Source: the human T2T-CHM13v2.0 reference genome, Homo sapiens
NCBI RefSeq assembly: GCF_009914755.1
Contig: NC_060935.1
DNA length: 64,000 bases
Direction: 5' to 3' (one strand)
Part shown: positions 12,641-23,959 of the stretch, one piece after another
Layout of the letters: every line of letters begins with the position of its first letter
Position numbering within the stretch: position 1 is the first letter of the stretch
The notes under the pieces: generated by a model
Database searches by the model: none
The model's input: only the letters and a program-made list of their open reading frames with translations
Told to the model about the DNA's origin: nothing
Program-made: the position numbers and the translations under genes

Positions 12641-13400
12641 CCCAGCTACCATTAAGCATATATGAAAAGTAGATGAATCTAAACGGTATATTCTTAAAAT
12701 GTGAAATAAAGTTGATATTTACAAACATGTATTAGAAGGGCAACTTTTCTTCACGGGGTGATTGCTTTGTATTAAAATGTATTATCTTGCACAGCACATC
12801 ACTTCACAGGTTTAAATTAAGATACCCACATGACTCCAAAGGTACCCCAAATTCACCACGGGCCCCTTTTTAGCTCCAAATAGATTCAGGTCTTTGAACA
12901 GAGTAAAAAGGGGCAGGAGGAATAACTTGTGCCCAACACAAAACATTCAGAAAACTAGTCCTCAGAATAGTGCTGAAGGTCCAGGAGTGCACAGGTCCTG
13001 TTCCCACTCACAGAAGCTGATCCTCAGCGTCAACTAGGAAGATAACCATTTATCAGCCTGATTCTTCAAGAACAGCAAGGGAGAGCAATGAAGCAAAAGT
13101 TCACAGTTGTAACTTTGTGAAACAAGTCATGAGACAATATTGCCTTTCTTTAAAGCTTCAGAGACAACTGTAGTCAGAAGCAACCTCCATTGTGACTTTT
13201 CTGCCTCCAAGATTTGCTGAAATTTGCAACTACTTACCTTCATTCTTATATTAGAAGAGGGCTTTAGAGATAGAAAATTTCCATGCCGGCTTATTTGTGT
13301 CATTTACAAACACTGGCTAGATGAGCGGGGGTCTGAAGGAGTTAAGTCCATAAAGCCACTTTAATTATTAATTCTTTCAGTGAGTTCTTTGCATACTTAC

Positions 13401-13557
13401 TAAGTTCCTCTGCCACTTCGTCAAGGCAGATGTCATTATTCACAGCAGGGTTGGGATAATTAGGATATCGTGCTAAGAACTTATGACACAATAATCCTAA
13501 ACTTTTCTCTTTTCGACTTGGTTGGGATTTCTCAAATTCATCTCCAGATAAGTGTTC
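13401..13557 (-). CDS. E2F8: E2F8 exon 4 (DBD1 N-half, [15 protein letters not shown]...DEVAEEL)
   Basis: tttgtag|GAA acceptor, A|gtaagt donor; 157 nt. Confidence 0.97.
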
Positions 13558-13940
13558 CTACAAAGGAAAAGGTAAACAATGTCTTATTCTAAAATAAAGT
13601 CTGACAGATTTATTAGGGGCATCTGTGCTCGATGACTGACACCAACTTACACACGCTTAGCTTCAACAGCTGCAAAGTCTGGATGGGAGAAAAGGTTAGG
13701 GGGGCCAGTACAAAATGCTTGGCAAACCTGAAAGGAAAGCCTGAAACGAAAATAACGCAAAGGTTCAGAATTCCCAGAGCTATATTTCTTGGGGTCCAAA
13801 CCTTTCTGGTGCTCCGAAGGAAGTTAATAACAGCCTTCGGGTGGTGATGCTTTAAATTGCTGGCACTTCTCTAATAGCTACAACCTCCCCCCTCCCCCCA
13901 ACAAATTCCCCAGCCTCCAACCAGTCCTCTGAAAACCTAC

Positions 13941-14219
13941 GTGTATACAGTCTTTGGCCTCAGGTAATCCACTTCTGTTGTCAAACAAACCCCTTTTCTG
14001 ATCTCTGTTGCGGATCTCAGGGCTCACAGCACTGATGAGCATTTTCAGGTTGGCTGTCGGTGTCCACGGCTCTCCCTGAGAGCCTTCCTTGGGCTTGGTA
14101 GGTGTGGTTAAAGGGCCAAAGTCAGGCTGGATCTCTGCCAACACGATATTTGCTGTGGTGGATTCTTTCAGAGGTGTTTTCATTAGTCCCCTTTTATGTG
14201 GCTCACAAAAGAGATTTTC
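13941..14219 (-). CDS. E2F8: E2F8 exon 3 (ENLFCEPHKRGLMKTPLKE...KDCIH)
   Basis: aaaccag|GAA acceptor, CAC|gtaggt donor; 279 nt; contains the WTPTANLKMLISA motif. Confidence 0.97.
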
Positions 14220-14905
14220 CTGGTTTAAAAAATGTAAATAATTAAATCCATGGTAAAACAGGATTTATCAGACAGCTTGGATTCTAGAAATTGCATAACG
14301 AATAGAATCATGCCAAGGAAAAAATGTCTAATGAGATTGTAGAGTTGAGGAAATTAATAACTGTATTCTAATGGTCATGTGATGTGTATTGTCAATTCTA
14401 ATAATTACATTTCCCATTTTTAATTTTGCAATAAGCCATAAATGTTTTCACCTTATGTTTCAACCACTGAAAAAACAACTTTAGTTAGGACTTATAATTT
14501 TAATTGTATTTTGAAATAGTTTTAGATTTAGAGAAGAGAAGCAAAGACAGTATAGAGTTCCCAAATGCCCTTCACTCAGCTTCCCCTAATTGGACTGACA
14601 ATGTTAAATGATCAAACTTCTAGAAATGACTTTTGTTTACTCATGGCACTGTAATAAGTAAAGGCCTACAGGGCAGAAATTCTTATCCACCTAGCATAAT
14701 GGCTGCATGCAGTGGGTGCTAAATAAAATACCACTGAAGAGTCAGAGAGACAAGGAGACAAGAGTGAGGGATAGCATATGGTCAGATTTATCAGGGAAAT
14801 CTAGAGTGTCCAACAGCAGGATTTCTGACCAGAAAAGTCTGCTCTTTGAACATCCACTCCCTCATTTTACAGATAGAGAAAATGGGGCCCAGAGAAGTAA
14901 AATGA

Positions 14906-14985
14906 TTAGGTTGGTGCAAAAGTAATTGTGGCTTTTGCTACTGAAAGTAATGGCAAAAACAGCAATTATGTTTGCATCAACCTAA
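14906..14985. mobile_element. MADE1 (Hsmar1-derived 80-bp MITE) inserted in a MIR
   Basis: TTAGGTTGGTGCAAAAGTAATTG...CAATTATGTTTGCATCAACCTAA terminal inverted repeats; MIR core sequence on both sides. Confidence 0.9.
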
Positions 14986-15667
14986 CAGCTACCTAAGACC
15001 ACAAAGCTAGATCCTGGCAGAAGCAGGATAGCCACTGAGACAAAAGGGTAAATTAACAGCAGTTCATAAATAAGGCTAATGGAGACTATGTTCCTTCCAG
15101 TTTTGGACACCAGGGACTTCACACACTACTCCCATCTTTATCTATTTTAAAGAAAATGCTTGGAACAGCAATAAGTAAAATAATAGGCAGACCAAATAAC
15201 TTTAAGAACATGGACAAATGGGACATGTTGTGACATCTTGGGTTTATCAAGTGCATTTCCGTTTGTATGTTCATGGAATCCTGCATTCTTAGCTCGCAGA
15301 AGAGAAGATGCAGGCTGAGAGAGGTCACGTAGGAGTGGAACACAGATATTTTCACTCCAAGTATGGTGCTCTTCTTACATGGAAGTCAGTATGGTGGACC
15401 CAACAGGAGCTCCTTGCCAGTGTGTGCATCTGAGATGTACTGATCTGACAATAGGCTTTTTCTTTGCCTCAGATTATCAGAAGCAATAGTAATTCTCTTA
15501 TTTGACTAACATCTAAAACTATTAGGAAATATGCATGTAAGTTCACTTTTTTAAACCTATTAGTAGTTGGACACCCCCCACAGACAATTCTTTTGTAATT
15601 TTACAAAATGTTTGCCCCCTAAACAGAGCATTTTGCAGACCCCATAAATAAGCTGCCAATTTGGTAA

Positions 15668-15981
15668 AAAATTATCTTAAAAAGAAATTCAGTCTCCAAA
15701 CATGTCAAATGCCCTTTCTGAATTCCAAGTTGTTCAAGAATCCTCAGAAATGTTGTAATGAAACTAACGAATTTTTGAAGAGGGGTAGGTTTGCCCCTTT
15801 ACACTCTTTCTAGTTTTTAATGATTTGGTAGCTGTCTCAGACATAAAGAGAGAAAAGGTATTTTTAAGAATAATAAAATTTGTTAGTTTCATTACAACAT
15901 TTCTGAGGATTCTTGAACAACTGGAATTCAGAAAGGGCATTTGACATGATTGGAGACTGAATTTCTTTTTAAGATAATTTT
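15668..15981. repeat. long inverted repeat: arms 15668-15775 and 15875-15981, 99-bp spacer
   Basis: the arms are reverse complements with only 2 substitutions and one 1-bp indel. Confidence 0.95.
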
Positions 15982-16193
15982 CATTTTTTAAACTATATTA
16001 ATTAAATTAGTATATATTTTAAACTATATATTTTTGAAACTATAAGATAAGGTTCATTTTTTCCAGGTCTTTACAGAGGCTAACCAAGGTTGTGGCATTA
16101 AGAAAACACATTGGATAGGGAAAAATTATGGAGTTAAATCAGGATGATACTGAATTTAAAATTGCAATGATGAATACTGAAGTTATAAAGTAC

Positions 16194-16208
16194 CTTTTCG
16201 TTCTCCAT
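16194..16208 (-). CDS. E2F8: E2F8 exon 2, coding part (MENEK); whole exon ~16194-16317
   Basis: agaATGG strong Kozak context; donor AAG|gtac; acceptor tttctttaag|G at 16317. Confidence 0.95.
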
Positions 16209-16634
16209 TCTGTAAATTCCTCATACATTTAGAGTTTAAAAATGAAAAATCTGGAGTTCCTCCCCAAATCCCGATGGTTCAAGTAGTCCAATCAATTGTA
16301 CTAAAAGTTTTAATATCCTTAAAGAAAAAAGGAAATTGAAAAAGTTAGAGAAAAACAAGAACCAAAAGATCTGTTGAAAATTCCTTCACGGACAAGAGGC
16401 TACGGAAACAAAGCCTAACGAAAAATGACAAACTAGATTTACATTTTATTCTCGACCAGAGATCGCCCCACTGAGCGGAGAACGCCAACAAATGCCAGTA
16501 AATTCCTTCAGCAAACGGATCGGCGGTCCTAAGACTTCAAGCAACCCACGGAATTTCTAGTGACAGCCCTCTCCCATCTGTAGAAAAGGCGAGCCATTCT
16601 CCGGACCCCAGCGAATACTTTAGGAAGCACCCAC

Positions 16635-17050
16635 CTGTTCGCAGATCAGGGCTCCGGACTAAGCGCACGAGCCCAGGTCCCAGCTGAGCGCACGCGACCC
16701 CAAGTAACTGGGTACAAGTCTGCATCTAGATGCCTGGATTTCTCCCCTTACACACACGTGCACAGGCTCAGCAGTAAAGTCGTGGGAGGTCGCTTGACAG
16801 GAAAGTTCCAAATTCAGTCCCAAAGCTCCAAGTATGCAGTTGGGCATTTAAAGAGTCTTATAATTAAGACTTTTTTTTTAAATTTAAAAAAGGGCTTCCT
16901 TAAAGATACAAAGCACTATTTACTCCCTGTTCGGGTGGCCAGTTCACACCACGGCGTTAGACTCCACCTTGGAAGGCTGTATTTGCCCAATAAGGCAAGC
17001 AGGTACTGTCCCCCGGCCGCCACTCGCTCAGTGCACTTCCCCCAACTTTC
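16635..17050 (-). other. E2F8: E2F8 proximal non-coding first exon (5' end approximate)
   Basis: donor GAACAG|gtgggt at 16635, downstream of the CCAAT/E2F promoter. Confidence 0.65.
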
Positions 17051-17144
17051 GGCCAAAGGCCCCTCCCCCAGGCCCTGTCCGCCCGCCGCAGTCCCGACAG
17101 TTCCCGGACAGCATCATCGTGGTTTCCAGGACAACAATTCCCGA

Positions 17145-17239
17145 CCAATCAGAGGGCCGGAAGCGGGCCTGCGATTGGCCGACGGCGCCAGGGGCGGGGC
17201 CGGACCTTCCGCCTTCGATTTAAAAATTTGGCGCGGAAA
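17145..17239. promoter_or_regulatory. proximal cell-cycle promoter module: CCAAT 17145-49, ETS CCGGAAG 17157-63, ATTGG 17174-78, GC box 17191-99, TTTAAA 17219-24, double E2F site TTTGGCGCGGAAA 17227-39
   Basis: motifs read directly; arrangement typical of G1/S genes. Confidence 0.8.
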
Positions 17240-17396
17240 GTCGGACCGTGGCCGGCGCCTCCCCTTAGCTGCGCGGGGCCTGAGCGCGGGCAAACCCGCG
17301 CCCGGAACCACGGCAACCCCGCCCCTCCCCCTCGTTCGCCCCCGCCCCTCTGCGCGGGAGCTCAGCTCCTCCCTCACGGCCCCCGGCGAAGCGGGA

Positions 17397-17405
17397 GGCG
17401 GGAAA
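17397..17405 (-). promoter_or_regulatory. canonical E2F site TTTCCCGCC
   Basis: GGCGGGAAA on the + strand. Confidence 0.75.
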
Positions 17406-17407
17406 CG

Positions 17408-17428
17408 GCCGCCGCCGCCGCCGCCGCC
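17408..17428. repeat. (GCC)7 trinucleotide repeat
   Basis: read directly from the sequence. Confidence 0.9.
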
Positions 17429-17493
17429 ACCCTCCCGAGCCCTCTCCCGGTGCCGTGTCGCCCGGGCGCCGCGCCCCTCTGCGTCCCGCTGAC

Positions 17494-17700
17494 CTGTCAG
17501 TCCACCTCACGGCGGGAGCCGGCGGGGGCTGAGCCGGGACTCGTCAGCACCGCTGCCCCTCTCAGGCCCGGGAGCCCGCGTACCTGGCAGTCAGTCTTTC
17601 CGCAGCGCCGAGGTGGGTGCCGGAGAGAGACGCCGGGACCGGGACTGGCGGGCCGGCTGGCGGGCAGAGGGAGCGTGACCGTCCAGGAGCAGCCAAGCCC
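17494..17700 (-). other. E2F8: E2F8 candidate distal first exon(s), donors at 17494 and 17584
   Basis: GACAG|gtcagc and GCCAG|gtacgc donors downstream of a CDE/CHR-like element and a CCAAT box. Confidence 0.55.
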
Positions 17701-17704
17701 CCGA

Positions 17705-17807
17705 TTTGAAATTAACCCGCTCCCGGCGCGAGCCGATACCGCGGGCGGGGAGGGCCGCTCCCCTCCCCCACGCCCGCTCGCCCCGGCCCCGGCCCCCGAG
17801 CGCCAAT
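17705..17807 (-). promoter_or_regulatory. distal promoter: CHR (TTTGAA 17705-10) next to a GC-rich CDE/E2F-like element; CCAAT 17803-07
   Basis: minus strand reads CGCGCCGGGAGCGGGttaaTTTCAAA. Confidence 0.6.
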
Positions 17808-20800
17808 CCGAGCCTCCCGACCGTAGCCGCCGGCGAATCGGTGCAGGCACCGCCCTCCACTCCCGCCTCTACGGCAGAGTTGGGGGAAAAGTTCAGCAAC
17901 TTTTTTTTCCTTTTTTTTTTTTTTTGCATACACCCCCTCCCCTTGCTCAAAGTTGGGGAATAAAATTTGGCCCGTCCGGGGCTCGCGGGCTGGGCCGCAG
18001 GCGCCCTGCGATTCCCCGCTTGGGGCTATCTCACCCCTGCCCAGCCCCAGGCCGGCTCACCTGCCCTCGGACTCCAGCCGGACCTCTCCCCCTTGCACCC
18101 CTGGCATGCATGATTGTGCTGCCCACCGTCTGCCCCGTGCCTCGCAGAAACTGGCGCGAGGAGGGAGAAGCTTGGCTACTGGTGCCTAAGCTCCGTGGGC
18201 TCTGGGCCTTGGCCCAGCGGTGAGAACTCAGGTGTAGGAGGAAGAGGAGGAAGGCGGAAAACCCTCCAACCCTGTCCTCGCCGTCTTTCCTCAGGGTCTC
18301 CCACCCACTCCTCCCTTTCTCTTCCCTGTTGTCTTTCCCTCTTTTTCCGGTCTCCGAGCCTCAGGCAGCTTTAGCCTGGTTCCCTGTAGAGCCCTAGCAG
18401 GGTCGGGGAGACACTTCGATCCTTCGTCCTCACTTTGCAGAACGGGACACCGAGGCCCGGGGCGGCGGCGCTGCCTCGGCTGCACCTGGATCATTTGCGC
18501 CCGCGTTGGCTCCCTTTGCTCTCCTCTGCCTTAGACTTTTCTGCGGACTGGTGCTGAGTGTTGCCCAACCGCGCCGAGATCTGGGCGCCGGTCTCTCGAT
18601 CTGGACTCGGTTTGGCTCGTCCTCCTCTGTAATCGCGTGTCTTTAGGCTCCAGCAGGGCCCGGGGCCACACTTCCCCACTCCCACCGCTAACTTGGGGAT
18701 CAGTGACTCTCCCATTGCTGACTAGCAGGGCGAGGCATTTTTATTTTCTGCGAAACGCGATGAGGGCGGGGATGCTATGATATTGAGGCTGGGGTCGCAG
18801 CGCAGCAGCTGCCGGCCATAGGGCCAGGGGTCTCCGTGGCGAGCGAAGGCTCATCTCCCCGCGGAACGCGACCGCAGGCTTGCGGTGTGGCCGCCCTGGA
18901 ATGTTGGCGCCGTCGTGTCCCTGTCCCCCTTTCGTCGCCAGCTGAGGTGCAGGTCTTGCTCAAGAAGGCGCTTCGACCTGAAAGCAGGCCTTTCAGGTAC
19001 TGTGCAGAGGGGCCACTGCCTGTGGCTCGCAGATTTAAAATAAAGCAGAGGTCACTATATAGGGTTCCACCGTTGCTAGCACTGAGCGGCTGGTTCTTAC
19101 TAAGCCCAGGTACCCCTTTTTTGGAGCAAGACTGGGTTCTAAATGTATCAACAAAAAGTGGGGAGTTGGTGCTTCTGCTTTAGCCACTAGCTGTTGGCCA
19201 GATTGTCATCTCCCCCAACCCCCTGAATGGTCAGCGCTCCCAAGAGTGCATAGATTCAGCTATGCCTAATGTACCCGAAGTTATTACAGCCCCGGAGTCC
19301 TGTGGGCCATAAATCCCTTTTAAAGTTCTTTAGAAGCAGTCTGCCTCATGCACCTGTGTTCAGAGATAGTGACTAATTCGTTCAAATCTGTGATCTACAG
19401 GGCCATTCATGCTGCAGATGTCTGAGTGACAGTTACCTGTAAGGCACATCATGCAGGGAGCAGCCACCTCTGGTGACACTTGACAGATGGCCTCTCATTT
19501 CATACTCAGCACAGGTGTGAAAGCATGGGTTATGACTCTGAGAGGGAAGCAGCATTTTAAAGTGACAAACCCAAGGTCTAACTGTAAGGGACAGGACTGG
19601 GATTTGAAGCCAAGGGTGTTTAACGTCTCAGGGCTTTCCACTGAAAGCTGTGTTCACCACTGTGCGGCGTGCTCATCCTTACTTGCTTCATAGGATAGTT
19701 GTGTCCCATTTTATAGAGAAGAAAACTGAGGCACAAAAGGGTTAAACTGATGGCCAAGTTAGCTACAGAGCCAGAATTAGAATCCAGGTCTACCTGCTCC
19801 AAGTTCATACATCCCATTCCACTGCCTCTGAAAGTTCCTGTGAGAGCAATGTTAGTGCCAACTCAGGCTAGCCCTTAACCATTTCAACCCCTCCCTAAAC
19901 ACACAAAAAAACAGGAAGGTGAGAGTGTAATTCTTGCTTACTGATAGTTGTCATGTCTTACTGAAGGAAGTGAAATTATAGTCAAACTCATTGAATATGT
20001 TGAAAAGTGGTTTTATTAAGAGTGAAGTGATACAGTTTTGAAGTCTTAACAACACTTTCATGTAATGAAAGGTAATAAAGAAAGAAAGGTTCTACTCATC
20101 ACTGTGTAGAGTATCAATTTGAAATGCAGCATGAGTGTAAAGGAGGGAAAAGACTACTGAAAACTTTTATGTTTACTGCATAACCAAGAAGGAAGGATCA
20201 GGGCATAAGCTTGAAACTTTTTTTTTTTTTTAATTTTCCCATCAAATATGTTTTCCACTTATTAGTTACATAATCCAAGGGAATATTTGTGTATTTGTTT
20301 CTGGTCTTTTGTTCATCATGTTGTGTAATCTGTGTCTCACTGAAGTTAGACCAGTTTTTCTACTCTGTGCTGTCGCCCTTCTGGATTGCACAACTTGGAG
20401 GGCTGATACGTTGTGTAACACGTTCAGCATTAAATAAAGTATTATGAAAAAAGATATCAAAGGTAAGGAGGAAAGATAGGCATCACCGGGGCGCCTACAT
20501 TCAAAGGTAACATTTGGGATTTCTGAAGCGTGTCCCTTTTCATCATCACCAAAAAGACAGGCAAGACCTTCCCCTGCTGAGCAGGGAAGGATGAAGGGCT
20601 AAGGAAGGAGTTCTAGCTAATGGGTTTCTTGACCTTTTCTGTCTGTCTTGCTGCCCCACCTCCTAGGTGCTTATATCACCAACTCTGCTTCCTGACCTAG
20701 TGGGGCAATTTGGGTTTGTGCTTTATCTGCAGTACGTGTTGGCATAGATACCACGAAACAGCTCTCTGGAGCTTAAAACTGCACAAATCCCTATGTGCTG

Positions 20801-21148
20801 GGTTGGATTGTGGCTGCTCACAGCTAGATCTCAGCTATTCCTGGTCCTTGTACTAAGCCTACAAATGAATCATGCTGGGTCTAGTCTGGGCAGGGTTAAA
20901 GAGGATGGATACAAGCAAGGGACCCAGGAAGTGGGCATGCCTGGAGCTGGCTTGTGCTGACTGTGGAGCTAGACTAGGTCAGAGTAAGTCCCAGGCAGCA
21001 GCAGGGCTGTGTGTGAAATCCCTTCAGACTCTCCTGTGACCTCCTGTGGGAAATTCCTGATAGGCCCTGATGTATCCTGATGAGCCCTATATAGACATTT
21101 GCAGCCCTGGACTCAGCTGCAGCAGCAACAGTTGCTGCCATTTATTGA

Positions 21149-21469
<321 letters not shown>

Positions 21470-21732
21470 AGCTTCTAAATTTTAAAAATACTTTGGGGAT
21501 AATAGAACACAAATTTTTCTGAGAGTCCTCATGCGAAGCTGGAGTCTGAGTTCTGTTCTCATTTTATTATTGCGCATGGAATCTTAAAATTGTCATAATG
21601 TCATGTAATCCAGTGCTTATCAGTGGGTTGGAAAAACCTGCTTTTCCAGGTTCTAGGACATTAAAGAAGTATATGTAGAGATTCCTAGGAGTAGGGTTCA
21701 GGAATTTATTACCTAAAATATAGTCCTACTGG

Positions 21733-22033
<301 letters not shown>

Positions 22034-23524
22034 GTCCCATTCAATGCAGGAATCCTATAACCTTCCTGATCAATCAATGATTGCTGCTCTTTGCTTAAAG
22101 CTGGTAGTGAAAGGTAACTGTGCTGATCCCCTCCAGGCAGATTTATTCACATCCTGTTCTTGATCATACCCCTATATAGGCACCTCTGTTATGGATGCTT
22201 CCCACCTACACCACTGTGCGCTCCTTAAGGCAGGGAGAGGGACTTCTTCATCTCTTGGTCTTTCCAGTGCCCAGCAAAGTGCCGGACCCAGAGCAGGGGC
22301 TTGATAGGTGTTGGTTGATGGAGTAAAATTCTACTCTGGAATGTTATCCCACCAACCTCAGATGATACCTTGTCTTTTAATCTCTTTATCTTCAGTACTG
22401 AGTTCAATGCCTGGCACACACTTGGTGTTCCATAATGCTAGGAAAATGAGCTCATAATTACCACTCCCTTTTAAATGTCAGGTTTTTTACTTTAGCTAGG
22501 TTCTTCGGTTTTATTTATTTACTCACTGAAAAATAGTATACTGAGTGCTATACTATGCCCCTAAACCCTGAATTAGGTGCTAGGTATACACAGTGAGTGA
22601 AAGAGATAAAGTCCTTGCCCTTTTGGAGTTTATATTCAAGCAGTAGAAAGTGTCTGGTGCAAAGTGTTAGCTTTTATTGTATTTTTTTTTTCCTGTGTGA
22701 GATTTCTCGCCATTCCTCAATTCAACAAATATGCCTTTTTTATTTTTTTTTTAAAAATAAATGTTCTATCTCTATAGTACTTTTTAAAAGTTTCTGTAGA
22801 TATTTTTCTTCCCTAGGAACCCAAGTTTTCTTCTCTTCTCCTTTCATCCCATATGTATGGATCACTTGCTCCAAGCCTAGGGACTCAGCTAGGCACCAGC
22901 TACAGGACATGTTGGCTGCCCTTGGGATCCCAGCAACAAAGCCAACTCTTCACTTACTCCCACTCCCCCTCTCTCTTTCTCCCTCTTCTGCAGAGATGTG
23001 GACTGCATCTGGACAAATTGTCTGCTTCTCTGAGTTCTTCAAGATTGTGGCCTCTTAGTCACGGGAGGATGCCCTGTTTCTCTTGGAATGATACCGAAGT
23101 TGGCATAAGTGGGTTCCTTACACCTCAGTGGCCCTCAGTCATTGTGAATTCAGGCACTGAGAAGACAGAGCAGGCTCTTGATCAGCTGTGTCAGGCTGGG
23201 GGCATCCCCCATATAAGGTTCTAAACAGTCACCAAACATTCTAATAATCCACTCCTCCCTGAAATCTGAAATCTGCCTGATTTCTTCCAACTTCTTGGCA
23301 CTAATGAATACCCCTTAAAGTTACGGTTTTCAGGATATGATTTGACCTAATATGCTTCATGATATCCAGATATATTATGGTAGAGTTTTATTGCTCATTG
23401 AACTGCTTTATTGTACAATACAGAGACAGAATAGGACCTACACAGATTAATTTTGTTGACAAAACAACTTATTTTCCAAAAGAATTAGATAGCTCTCCTC
23501 TAAGCCTTAATCAAAAATGTTTAG

Positions 23525-23872
<348 letters not shown>

Positions 23873-23959
23873 TTAATCCACGTGTGGTTATAGTTATTAA
23901 TGAATTGCATTTGAGTTTGCCCGCAAAATATATAGTTCTATATACTCTTTTACGATAGT

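Larger units (their letters stand above)
16400..19050. promoter_or_regulatory. CpG island / E2F8 promoter region
   Basis: very high GC and CpG density compared with the flanks. Confidence 0.92.

Noticed and set aside
16758-18223. 244-aa and 331-aa + strand ORFs across the promoter
   Set aside because: non-ATG starts and low-complexity Pro/Arg/Gly/Ala content; expected from stop-codon scarcity in a CpG island
19460-19480. CTCF-like GCCACCTCTGGTG
   Set aside because: spacing does not fit the CCASYAGRKGGC core
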